Shown: positions 24,613 to 37,183 of the stretch, one piece after another
Numbering within the stretch: the first letter of the stretch is position 1
Layout: the number at the start of each line of letters is the position of its first letter
NCBI RefSeq assembly: GCF_006345805.1
Contig: NC_043020.1
Coordinates: forward strand, 29,822,001-29,886,000
DNA: 64,000 nucleotides
Direction of reading: 5' to 3'
Origin: Octopus sinensis
Lineage: Eukaryota
Notes under the pieces: generated by a model
The model's database searches: none
Seen by the model: only the letters and a program-made list of their open reading frames with translations
What the model was told of the DNA's origin: nothing
Program-made: the position numbers and the translations under genes

Positions 24613-25639
24613 CTGATAACCAAAACAAACATTTCTGTGAAATCAATTAAAATATTACCTGTATACAAAACAATGAAACGGCAAAGTCATTAGAGCATTG
24701 GATAGACTGCCTTGTGGTGTTATTTCCAGATCCCTGCACTCCAAGTCCAAATAATGCCATGCTTAAATGTACAAATCCTGGATTTGTACCAGTCCTGTGC
24801 TACAGTCGATCATTCTCTCTCTCTTCCCTTCAAGAAGAAAGAAGCTTTGGTTCAGACCTGAAGAAAGATGGACTCTGTCAGGTCTGAAAAATGCCCCAAA
24901 ACATACTACATGTCAGGATGGTACTCTCCATGATTTCATTAGAAACTGAGGGCCCTCGTCAAGACAAAACATGTATGCATTACCTCAAGGTTTTATCTAT
25001 CATGTATGTCATCAAAGAAGCCCATGAAGATAATCAATATAAGAGAGAGAGAACAATACAAATTACCACTTATCATCCTCATCCCCTTCTCTATGCTTGC
25101 ACAGGTCAAATGGCATTTTATTAAAGTAGATTTTCTATGACCGGACATTCTTCCTGTTACTAATTCTTACTTGTTTCCAAGTACGGTAATATTTTCCCAT
25201 GGTAAAATATTACCATAATATTGAAAATAAATTACATTTATTGGCAAAAATTAGACAATGCTAAGACAAGGAAACACACACACACAATGGTTTTCTTTCA
25301 GTCTCTATCTACCAAATCTACTCACAAGGTTTTGGTCAATCCAGGGTTATCATAGAAGATATTTGCCCAATATGCCAGATTGAACCCAAAACTTTGTTGT
25401 TTGGAAGCAAACTTCTTTACCACAACAACCTCACCCACATATATATTAACTGACTTTTAATATGGGACTATTCGAAAATAATCATCAGTCATTCTATAGG
25501 ATTCTCTACTAATATTATAAAGAATACAAACTCCATGTTATTTACACATATTTCACTATCAAGCTGATTTCTACATCAATCATTATCTTTTGTTTCATCC
25601 ATGGGTCTTTGGATGTTTGCATATGCATAGCCTTAGTTG

Positions 25640-26400
25640 CAAATAGGATACATCAAAGATTTGGTCGGTGCTAGAAGGGGTAGGTCTGCATTTATGCTTC
25701 TTTTCTTGCTTCTCTTCATGGTACAAAGTGCGTCTTTCCTCCATGCAAGTGATGGGTAGTGAGGTCTTCTACTTTTGGAGGGCTAATATTGCTCCTCTTT
25801 CATGCAGGCTAAATTGGCTGATCTTTGAACTGCTTCTTTTGTCTTCAAGTGTTGAACAATGGTGTAGAGACTTGCAGAGACTTGCAAACAGCTTGTTTAT
25901 GCAAGTGCTGACAGTCAAAAGTTCCACATACCAGACATCAACATTTTGCAGGAATCATCAAGCACCATTCCAAGACCTTCCTCTTGATAGGCTTTACAAT
26001 ACATTGGCCCAAATTCACTGATGTGAGGCCCCACCTACTGGATCAACTGACCAGTGTTTAACCATCAACATTTCAGCTTAGGTACTTCACACTTGCTCTT
26101 TCAAGTTTTTGTAACTGACCTTCTCGTTTAAGCCACAAAACCTTCAGGCTTTTCATCATCTCTTCTGGTGAAGAGGCATCTTGACTGAATGACTTCTGCT
26201 TTGAAAGAGCTTCAGTTGACGCATTTATCAATCCACTGTGGTTTGATGCCTAGAATGTGTGTTTGACATAACCAGATGACTTACGTTGATTCAAGTCCTT
26301 ACACTTCTAGCCTTGATGTACCATCAATCCTACTTCAGAACCAAAGGGTTTACCACACTGCCTGCACTCATAGCCACTTCCGATCTCCTCCATTTCCTCA
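25640..26400 (-). mobile_element. Possible decayed RLE-type (R2/NeSL-like) retroelement fragment
   Basis: Zinc-finger-like CRQCGKPFGSEVGLMVHQG*KC at ~26300-26370 and an EEGLGM motif near 25990; many stops. Confidence 0.3.
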
Positions 26401-27088
26401 CTTAATGCATCTATAGTGTGGACTCAGCACTACTGGTGTTGGTTTGAAGGAGGATTCCTGCATATGAGTAATCTTGTTATATACTTGAAAGAATCTTCTG
26501 CAGACAGAGGAGGTTAAAAGTTTCCCAATTTTTGCCCAGTATATGTGATCCGTGTTTTGTACAGATATTTTCTCCTTATCGAGTGTGCCTCAGTGTATGT
26601 GGAAGCCATTCTGTGACTTTGGTGGAATGGTTTTTCCTCCAAGACTGGTTTTAGAGCAAGAACGGTTGTCTCCCTTGCTTTAAACAGATGCTGACAACAT
26701 TAATTACAAAATTTGGCACAAGGCCAGCAATTTCAAGGGAAAGGTAAGTTAATTGCCTCAACCCCCACTCCATGCACAACTGGTACCTATTTCATCGACC
26801 CTGAAAGGATGAAAGGCAAAGTCGGCCTCAGTGGAATTTGTACTCAGAATGTAAAAGATGGACCAGATACTGCCAAGTATTTTGCATGGCATGCTGACGG
26901 TTCTGCAAGCTGGCCACTTTACGACGATGATGACAATATTGTGATTCCCAGATTTTAAGAGGCACATCAACATTAATTTATACCCTAAATACAACCACTG
27001 TTCTCCAGGTAGCCAAAAACCTTGCAGAACACTTACAATGAGTACTGTTTGATCCTTTAAATCCCTATTTCCAGTTATATATATATAT

Positions 27089-27659
27089 AAAACAAAGGGT
27101 AAAATTAATTAATTAAGAAGTAATCAGTAATTTTACCAAGTAGAATTCGGCATGAAAAAGACCATTTCATGATAAGCTTAAGTAATACTTTATAATTAGG
27201 GTTCAGCAAAGATTTGCTTCACCACATACTGAAGTTTAGAAATAGCAGTAAAAAAATCTTAGCTATTCCTTCTACTTTAAAAGGGGCTCCCAGAAAAACC
27301 AAAGTACTTGAAAACAATCCACGCAGGCAAAAGGGAAAGGTAACGAAAATCATTCTATATTAGGTTTTATATATATATATATATAAAACAAAGGGTAAAA
27401 TTAATTAATTAAGAAGTAATCAGTAATTTTACCAAGTAGAATTCGGCATGAAAAAGACCATTTCATGATAAGCTTAAGTAATACTTTATAATTAGGGTTC
27501 AGCAAAGATTTGCTTCACCACATACTGAAGTTTAGAAATAGCAGTAAAAAAATCTTAGCTATTCCTTCTACTTTAAAAGGGGCTCCCAGAAAAACCAAAG
27601 TACTTGAAAACAATCCACGCAGGCAAAAGGGAAAGGTAACGAAAATCATTCTATATTAG

Positions 27660-27664
<5 letters not shown>
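27089..27664. repeat. Tandem direct duplication of a 280-bp unit separated by (TA)8
   Basis: 27089-27368 and 27385-27664 look identical by eye; period 296 bp. Confidence 0.92.
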
Positions 27665-27701
<37 letters not shown>

Positions 27702-27774
27702 TTTACATACATCTATGTAAAGAGAGAGAGACACAGACACATTATCATTAAAGTTTTAGAATTCAAGAACATAC

Positions 27775-27864
27775 CCATGTCAGCTTTTTCTGCCAAACCA
27801 GTGTGCATTATTGCAGTGGTACCATCATCCAGCGTTACTGTCGTGCCATCAAAAAATTTGGCAT
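27775..27864 (-). CDS. ZNF143: ZNF143 coding exon 3 (DAKFFDGTTVTLDDGTTAIMH...)
   Basis: Acceptor TTTTCTATTTCCAG, donor TGG|GTATGT; 90 nt, phase 1-1; resembles DAKLIDGQVIQLEDG of vertebrate ZNF143 (from memory). Confidence 0.9.
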
Positions 27865-28727
27865 CTGGAAATAGAAAATTTTTTAAAAACTTGTTACATA
27901 ATAATTCTAGGGGAAAGTTTTCAATAGGAAGTTTCTAACAAAGGGTTTCTTCTACAGATTGACCATGTTGTATATAACATGGGCATTCTTAACCAAATAG
28001 TTTCAGGTTCAGTCCTGCTTCATGGATCATTGGACAAGTGTCTTCTAAAGTCCTGGGTTGGCCAAAGACTTGTGAAGGGATTTGATAGACAGAAACTGAA
28101 AGAACCTTAGTGAGTGTGTATGTGTGTTTTATGAGTATGCGTGCATGTATGAGTGTATGTGTGTGTGTGTCTGTGTGTCTAATGGGCTTTTTGTTGCCAT
28201 AATTCTGCTTAAAATACACTCTTTTGATTCCATTAATTCTGAAAATAACGAAGAAGTGAGTAAAACAGCTTTGCCATCGTTAAGCTCGTGTCTGGAACAT
28301 TTTGAAGGAAGATTTTTAATTTAATGTAAAAAGGAAGTTTGTCTCATAGAACCAAGGATGATCTCAAGAAGGTTGGTATCAAAAGCATTCAAAGCATTAA
28401 CAGATGAGACGATGCATGACATTGCATCTCTGTCCAACCCATTTCAGCATGATATGACAAGAAAGGATGTTACAACAAAGATAATGAGATCTTTATCTAT
28501 TACTTGTTTCAGTTTCCATCTACTGAAATCCACTCGCAAGGCTATAGTAAAAGACACTTTCCCAAAGAGCCACGCAGTGGGACTGAACCTGGAACCATGC
28601 AGGTGGGAAGCAAGCTTCTCACCACACAGCCACTCCTGCACCTATTGTATATATAAACACACACATACATAGACAGGCAGACAGACATAAAGACAGATAT
28701 ATATATATATTTATAAATATATATATA

Positions 28728-29174
28728 CATACATGTTTTCCTATCTGTTGTTATTTATCTATCTAACTATTGTATCTAATTTCTCCTCTATTAACTCTGC
28801 CCAACCAAGTCTCGCTCTATCATCCTTTTTCAACCTTCGCGTATTTGTCTATCGACCTCCGCCATCTTTGAAGCCTGTTCCCTTAATACACTTCCACCTT
28901 GTCCAAAAATTCCTTTCCGGTCAATTTCTTTACTTAAGGCAACAACATCTGCTCTCTCATTCATTCACCTAGCGGCTATAATCTCGAGCACAGCTAAGTT
29001 TGAATGCTTATTTTATTTTTATTTATTTTCACTTCACTTCACTTCTCGACCAATCATACATGTTTTCCTATCTGTTGTTATTTATCTATCTAACTATTGT
29101 ATCTAATTTCTCCTCTATTAACTCTGCCCGACCAAGTCTCGCTCTATCATCCTTTTTCAATCTTCGCGCGTATT
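28728..29174. repeat. Element with ~118-bp direct repeat (period 327 bp)
   Basis: CATACATGTTTTCCTATCTG...CTTCGCG at 28728-28845 and 29055-29174, few mismatches. Confidence 0.85.
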
Positions 29175-29697
29175 CGCGGTGCACCCACCCTGCCCACCCC
29201 CACCACCAATACCAGATATCTCTATATTTTTGCTCCATCTATACCGGATGTTGTTTCTCCCACCACCATTATAGGTGTCTACTCTTCGAACCCCCCTCCT
29301 CAATACGCTATTTCACCATGCATTACCCTCTAGATATCCTACGTTCTACTTGCCTAAGAACCTGTCATCATTCCTCTGAACCACCCCTCCCCACTGGTGC
29401 TCCCCTATATTTCTGCACCCCCCCCACATAAAAAAAAGCACCATCCGAACGTGGCCGAAGCCAGACCCCTCTGGCACCTGTGCAGGTGGCACGTAAAAAA
29501 CACCCACTACACTCGCGGAGTGGTTGGCGTTAGGAAGGGCATCCAGCTGTAGAAACACTGCCAGACTAGACTGGAGCCTGGGGCAGTCCCTAGCTCCCCA
29601 GACCCCGGTCGAAACCGTCCAACCCGTGCTAGCGCGGAAAACGGACGTTAAACGATGATGATGATGATGATGATGATGATGATATATATATATACAA

Positions 29698-29752
<55 letters not shown>

Positions 29753-29963
29753 TAAATTCTACATTGCCTCTAGGTGAACTGATGCAATGTAGAATAAAGT
29801 GCTTTGCCCAGAAATCCAGCAAAATACTTGCAGAGGGTTTGAACTCACAATCTATGAGCTGGTAACCCAATAGCTCATCCATATGACCAGGTTTCCCCTA
29901 CCCAAATTTAAATACCACAACAACAACAACAACATCAAAAAGTGGACAGAGGAGTGCAGCAAC

Positions 29964-30087
29964 CTTTTGTAGGATGTAGATAGGCTGTAGTACCGTCAGC
30001 CAGTGTAACTGCTTGGACTGTGTGGTCAGGGTTTGCCGTTACGACAGTCACGGGGTGGGCTTGGCTCATTGCCCCATCGCTGTCACC
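29964..30087 (-). CDS. ZNF143: ZNF143 coding exon 2 (GDSDGAM...VQAVTLADGTTAYLHPTK)
   Basis: Acceptor TTTTATTTTCTACAG; first VTLADGTTAY repeat typical of the ZNF143 N-terminus; 124 nt, phase 0 to 1; weak donor AAG|GTTGCT. Confidence 0.9.
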
Positions 30088-31527
30088 CTGTAGAAAATAA
30101 AAGGAAAAGAATAGATATTAATTTATGTGTATATAAAAATAAGAAAAAAGTGGAAATTTTACCAGTGAGTGTGTTACATTATAAGGCACAAAAAGAAAAT
30201 GACTCTCCCCAGACACAACAGAATATATATTAATTTATATGTATATGTGTTCACCGATGGGAACATGGGTAAAACAAATAACATACAAAAGCATAAAACA
30301 GATAGCATTATCATGATGATGATGGTGGTGACAATAGTGATGATGATGATGATAATGATGATGATGATGATGATGACTGAGAAGAGGGCAACAACAGCAA
30401 CATTAGTCTCATATCCCAAAAGTGTAGCAACATCAACAACACTACAGCCATCCTTAGTTGATTAAGAAGTCAGCTTCACAACCATATCGTCCCAGAACTG
30501 ACTCCACTGTTTAGCTCTTTGGGCAGATATCTTCTACTATTTAGCCTCAGGTTGACCAATGCCATCATCAGTATTTAATATCCACTTTCCACACTGGCAT
30601 ACATTGGACAGTTTGACAGGATCCAACAAGTTAGAGGGCCATGCCATGCTCCAGTGTCTGCTTAGAGATAAATCTGAAGATGTCAATATCTCCGATAAAT
30701 ATTCTTCACAGCTGATGAACTAAGTGTTCTGTCCAGCGACAGAACCTACAGTGGATATGAACTCATAACCCTTGAGCTATTTATTCAATATTCCTGGAAT
30801 GCAAACTTTACCACCATTGTTACATATTACACTAAGAGACGAGGTGTGTATGCTATTGTACTTCTTCCCTCAATAATTCTATGGAAACATATACAACTCC
30901 CAACTGAGGAACCAACAGTAAAAAGAAGCTGTCAGCATTCATACCATCTACATTGACAGTGCATTATCCCTAAACCCCAGTCTTTTTACCAAAGAATATC
31001 AGCTTCCCAGAATTCCCTTATTCCCTTCTGTACATGTTTTACCTATGGCTGTTCAAGTGGACCTCTTTAACCGTGCCAATCTCGCTCCAAAAACCATAGT
31101 CACATCCCTCTCCTTCAGACCATCATTAGTGTCACCATTCTAATGTCCACTGTTCCGTGCTTGCAAGAGTTGAATGAAGTTCATAGCAGCAGAGTTTCTA
31201 CAGCTGGATGCCTTTCCTGTTGCCAAACCTTACATAACCAGACATGTTTTCAAAGAATATTGGAAATGAATAATATTCCTTTACAGCAATCATGTGATGT
31301 TAAAACAACGGAACATAAACACTCACTCACTCACCCACCCACACACTTACAAATTTCTTTGTTTTCTTTTTTTTTCAATGATCTTTCTCATTCTTTTTAT
31401 TTTTCTTTTCTATTTTTCTTCTGATGAAGGACTTGAGTCTGCAATGTCAAGAACCTTCCTCTTCTTTCTAATACACCAAGTGTTAAAACTTGCTCCTCCG
31501 ATAACATCTTACTTTTGTGCTCATTGC

Positions 31528-31565
<38 letters not shown>

Positions 31566-31780
31566 AGGCTTCTTTCAGTTTCTATCTAGCAAATCCACTC
31601 ACAAGGCTTTGGACCAAGGCTATTGTAGGAGACACTTGCTCAAGGTGAGACTGAACCCAAACCTATGAGGTTGGGAAGCAAAATTTTTAACCCCACAACC
31701 ATGCCTACACCTAGCCAATAAAAGAAATGGTTAGACAATAAAAGAAAAAGTAGTTCTTACAAACGTAAGACAAACTTTAC

Positions 31781-31939
31781 CTCAGTGGTATGAAGAAGAA
31801 GGCCAATAACTTTTTGTCCTGCTGCTTCAGCAGTAAAGCCATGAGGGTTCACTTGAATCGACTCTTCTAGTTCTCGGGTGTGTAAATCATTCTTAATGGC
31901 AACAGAATCAGACACATGATCCAGATCATCCATCTCCAT
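31781..31939 (-). CDS. ZNF143: ZNF143/Staf orthologue, coding exon 1 (MEMDDLDH...LLHTTE); exon extends 5' as UTR to 31976
   Basis: Acceptor TTTCATTTGCAG ends at 31977; in-frame TGA TAA precede the ATG at 31939; donor GAG|GTAAAG at 31780; 159 nt, phase 0, matching the next exon. Confidence 0.8.
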
Positions 31940-33349
31940 CAATTCAGATCCAAAATTCCTTCAAGAAAATTATCAACTGCAAATGAAACACAAAGTGGGT
32001 GAAGAAAATCTTGATGAATGGAAACCAAATTGAGTAAACACTGATTACAAATCAATATAAAATTACAATATATATGTAGATCAAAGAGTTTGATGATATA
32101 CGTCTCTGTATAATGATCCTTTCTACTAAAGGCACAAGGCCTGAAATTTTGAGGGAGGGGACTAGTCGATTTATATCGACCCCAGTGTTTCACTGGTACT
32201 TCATTTATCAACCTCGAAAGGATGAAAGGCAAAGTCAACCTCAGCGGAATTTGAACTCAGAATGTAAAGACAGATGAAATTCTGCAAAGCATTTCGTCCA
32301 GCATGCAAACGATTCTGCCAGCTCTCTGCCTTGTATCTAGTGATAATGATAATAACTGATATAAATGCTGCTTGGTTAATTCCCCCCAGCTCTGCTTTAC
32401 AGAGAAGGGGACAGAGAGAGAGTTAACATAAGAGGTCCAAGATGAGGGCACTCTGCACCAGACCTCCGTGACTGCTTTGGCAGGATTTTTACAGCTGGAT
32501 GCCCTTCCTAACACCAACCACACAGCAGAGTGGACTTGGTGCTTTTTATGTGGCACAAGCACAGGTGAGGTCAGTTTTGGCAATGTTTTACAGCTGGATG
32601 CCCTTCCAAATGCCAACCACTTTACAGTGTGGACCGGGTGGTTTTTATGTGGAGTCACAAAGTAACTCGCAACACAAAAATCCTTTGAGGGGGCACTGGA
32701 AGAGGGGAGCGTGTTTAAATAAACCAATTTCAAGAAAGTATCAAGTGGGCCGGAAGCATGCGCTTGCAGGCCTCAGGTTGGTCAGCCCTGATTTAAGGTA
32801 CAGACTAAAGGAAACCTACAATAGTCCAAAAGAGAACCAACTAAAAAGTTCTACTGACATTCTTACAATCTCTCTCCAAGTTTGCAGAAGGTGCCACTAC
32901 AACAAGCAATATCACTGCTTCAAACCAACAAGGTAGCTGATGCATGGTCGCTCAATTCACAAGAAATAGCAGTCAAAGCTCTCTCCAATTACATATATGT
33001 ATCTTTTCTACTTGTTGCAGTCATTTAACTGTGGCCATGCTGAGCACACCACCTTGAAGGGTTTTAGTTGAACAAATCGACCCCAGGACTAACTTTTTTA
33101 AGCCTAGTACTTATTCTATCGGTCTCTATTGCTGAACTGCTAGGTTATGGGGATGTAAACACACCAACACCAGTTGTCAACTGGTGTTGGAGGAGGGGAC
33201 AAAGATAGATACAGAGACACATGTATGTATGTATATATCTATGTGTGTGTGTTGTTGATTCTTTTTTCTTTTGCCCAGTGTACCAAAGATTTTAGTGCCC
33301 ACCCCTAAGCCCTTCACTCAGACATGATGCTCATGTGGACTTAACAGTG

Positions 33350-33725
33350 AGTGCCCAGCTGATGGAACTCCAAAGCCTCTACGAAGCAGCAGCAACAGCA
33401 ACAGAAGCTCCAACGTAAGGACATATGCACAGAAATCTGTTGGAGCAATGGAGGGTCTTTTTAAACTGCGACTAAATAACCACAGAGAGGCTCAACATTA
33501 TGTCTTTGGCCAACTACATATGGCATTTAAAAGAAGAGAGAATGCCATACAGAATTAAATGGAAGCTCCTGGAACAACCTGGACCATGAAGCAAACAATG
33601 CAATCTTTGCTTGGTCAAGAGGACAAGGTTCCTAAAAAATTTACTTGATCCATGAGTCTTCAGAAATCCAAAGAGTGAAATGTTTAGTTGGTACCTTCAT
33701 GATAGAAAATTCATGTTGGAAACAT
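33350..33725 (+). mobile_element. Penelope-like element GIY-YIG endonuclease C-terminal remnant
   Basis: From 33500: MSLANYIWHLKEERMPYRIKWKLLEQPGP*SKQCNLCL...RNPKSEMFSWYLHDRKFML, matching the PLE pattern LS.YIW.LK......I.WKI...C.LCL...LN.RSE.....H..KF.L; HVDLT (decayed YVGLT) upstream. Confidence 0.7.
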
Positions 33726-34027
33726 GGGCTTCCTCATTTGCTGAGTAGTGAACTGAGAATGTACATAAACTGACCTTTTTCAGACATAATTGGAACTGTT
33801 CAAAAGGCAATAACTCCATCTCTCCCAGAAAGAGTTTTCACATCAAGGAAATTTCATTTCAGGAATTTGTTTCACCACCATGCTGACCAAGACTGTATTC
33901 TTACCTCCATTAGTAATGAGGTTATGTGCTTCCAGACAGCAGGTCTGTTGAGTTGCCTATATTGCTAAGAGCAATAACAGACCTGAAACTAATGGTAACT
34001 TTCTGACTGTCCATAACCAATAACTAC

Positions 34028-34065
<38 letters not shown>

Positions 34066-35119
34066 CATATTTTTTGTTTTACTTGTTTCAGTCATTTTCA
34101 CTGTGGCCTTGCTGGAGCACCACCTTTATATACTGTTTCACCATTTTGTCCATATCAATTTTCAATTAATTATTATTCATACAAGCACAGGCATGAGTTT
34201 ATGATTCACTGTGAGTCACCTTAGGCAAGATTCTTCTACTACAGTTCTGGTCCAACTGATACCTTGAGAGTAAATTTGATAGGAGAAAACTATGGTCTAG
34301 TTGTTCAGGTGTTGCATTCGTGATCACAAGATCATGGTTTCAATTCCCAGACCAAGTGGTGAATTGTGTTCCTGTCGCTCCAGATCACTCAACTGTGAGT
34401 AACTCTGTAATGGACTGGCATCCAGTTTGGCAGGGGTGTTGCAATCGAGGTCCCTTGTGCACCATGGACACCAGGTAACTGGCCCGATGAGGCCCAGCAC
34501 TCAAGACAGCAATATTTAGGTGTTGGTGAGGACGGAACTATGGAAACCGTGTGAGTGTGCGTGCACATACCTATCATCATCATCATCATCATTTAATGTC
34601 CATTGTCTATGCTGGCATGGGTTGGACAGTGTGACTAGAACTAGCAAGCTGGGGGGCTGCACCAGGCCCCAGTCTGATCTGGAATGGTTTCTACAGCTGG
34701 ATGCCCTTCCTAACATGCCAACCACTTTACAGAGTATGTTGAATGCTTTTACATGACACCACACAGGAGCTTTTACATGGTGCCGTATGGGCTACTTTTA
34801 CAGGCAGTGACCAGACACTTTTACATGACACCGCCCAGTGTACAAATATTGCTATTTCCCAGGTTTGCCCTTTTGAACACCAACCAGTTTACAGTGTGGA
34901 CTGGGTGCTTTTAAGTGGCACCTGCACTGACAGGGTCACCAAGTACTTGCAAGACAAAAAAAAAACCCTTGAGCATCAAATTGTGTCACTTTATTATCTA
35001 AGTGTAACTTAGCTATTCAGTAAATACAGATCAATAAAATAAGTACCAGATTGAAATAGGAAATGGAATCTACCATCAGACATTAATCAGATGCCCTCCC
35101 TGTGCGCAGGGGTCAGCTT

Positions 35120-35519
35120 ACCAAGACGCTCCAGTTCCCGCAATGCTGTGCTGTATGTATACCATCAACCAGGTTCCTGTCTCCAATCCATTCTTTGATG
35201 TTGTCAGTTCACAAACCTCTTTGACAGCCCCTTGCACTCTTCCCCTCCACACTTCCTGTCAGAATGGTCTCCAGTCAGTACTCATGGCACCAAAATATGA
35301 CAGCTTTGTGAACTTGGTCCTCAACAATAGGTGCCTTTGGACTTTCAGCTGTTCTAGTACTGCAACATTTGTTACACTATCTTTCCAGCATAACCTGCCT
35401 GATCTGTGAAAGACCCACATCTCAAAGGCTTCTATCTTTTTCTCCATAGCTGTGTACATTGTGCAAGTTTCTGCCTTGCAGATGACAACTGGCATAATAT
35501 AACCGTTTAATAGAACCAA
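35120..35519 (-). mobile_element. RTE-clade LINE 3' ORF remnant
   Basis: ORF 35259..35519: KKIEAFEMWVFHR...WKDSVTNVAVLEQL...KLSYFG. Confidence 0.85.
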
Positions 35520-37002
35520 TTTTAAAACATATCTCTGACTACATTATCTAAATCTGCTTCTTTTTAAAAGGCAAGGTGAACAATTTGAGGGTGACTTAGC
35601 TGCTATTTGAAGCAAGTCAAGCAACCATGTAGAGGCTCCTCAGTTTAGTGTCCAGATGAGCAAATGATAGGTCCATGAATATCTGTTGGGCTTTGCCTAA
35701 AATAGATGACCTGTCTTCAAAGGCCAATGAGTAGGTCTTGTTCTAACTTTGTAAAGTTCCTCACAGAAGACTCACTCTAGATCTCATCCTAGTTTTAGAC
35801 AGAAGTGGAGACTAAAGCAACAAGGAATCGTCACAAGCGACCACTGTCAGTTCAATTTATTATTCAAAATTATAGACATAACCATGTGGCCAAAAAGCTC
35901 ACTTTGCAACCATGAGACTTCAGGTTCAGTCCCACAGCGCAGCGTCTTGGATTCTACTGTTTGCTTGGGCCAACCATTTCTTTGTGAGTTGGCGAGTCAA
36001 TAAGGAAGCATTAGGTGGTCGCTCGACCCACTAGAAAAAGCAGCCACATTTCCTTTAAATTATACCCAACTGTCCTCTTATTTTGTCTAGAATATGTCCG
36101 TGCAGTCCTAGATATACAAAAATACAAGATGGTCATGGCTGGAACGCTTTTTATATACACAGATAAAACAAAAGAAAGCCATTTCTTGAATACTTTTCTT
36201 ATAAAAGAATATATACAGGAGTAACTAGGATGTTATTCTGAGAATGCATAATTGGAGCAAGAGAAAAAATATGCTCTAAAAAGTTTGGAGAAGTCTTTTG
36301 GCTGTGCAAACGTCTTCTCTTTTTTATGGTTACACAAAATTATTAGTTTCTTCACGTAGAATTTAATTACATGTCTTAATTGTAAAACTGAATCTGTAAA
36401 TTTGTGAAGCACAGTTTAAGAACAAAAAAATCTACATTAAACAATTAAATAGTTTTATTTCTTCGATATCACCACCAACACCAAGAGTAGTAACACCCTT
36501 ATATTCTGCCAATGAGGGAGAGCTCGACCTGCTATAAATAGCAGCTAAATCTCCACTCTGCCATCTTTAAAAGTGGCAGCACGTTAGATGCCAATGTCCT
36601 AGATACACGACTGTGTAACAAACACACAAAAAAAAAAAGAAAGAATGGGTAAAGAGTGAAATAGAATGGAATGGGTTTTGATCATAGGCTTGTCTGCCCA
36701 ATCACATCTGACCTGGGGCTAAATAAAATACTGTATAGTAGTGATTACTAATGAGAGAAATTGAGAAAATTAAATACGTAACTAATTTAATAGTATTAAG
36801 GATCATATCGTGTTGTCTGGTGCATTGGATGTTAAGAAGTTAGGGTGGGAGCTTCTGTTATCATAGTTACACTGATAAGCTAAAAGGAAAGGGCTTTTAT
36901 AAGAAAGTTCTATCTAAATCGATATAAATTATTTATATAGGGTTTGACAATACAAACAGGAAAATAGAACCCAGAACATGAGTACATATGAATATATAGA
37001 TA

Positions 37003-37183
37003 CGTGTGTATATTTAGGGAAAAACCACTAGGTGGATAACCAATATGCTAGAAGAAGATCACATACGATCTAACTACAAAGAAAAAACGTTCTCTAGAGA
37101 ACATTTCTCTGTAGTAAGATCATGTGATCTTCTTCTAGCGTATTGGTTATCCACCTAGTGGTTTTTCCCTAAATATACACATG
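37003..37183. repeat. ~180-bp spacerless palindrome (foldback)
   Basis: Arms of ~90 bp centred on TTCTCT|AGAGAA at 37095/37096, with a few mismatches and indels near the centre. Confidence 0.9.

Noticed and set aside
30729-30743. CTGTCCAGCGACAGA resembles the variable arm of vertebrate tRNA-Sec, which is tempting inside the Staf gene
   Set aside because: No anticodon arm (TTCAAA), T arm or acceptor stem in the flanks; a 15-nt chance hairpin.
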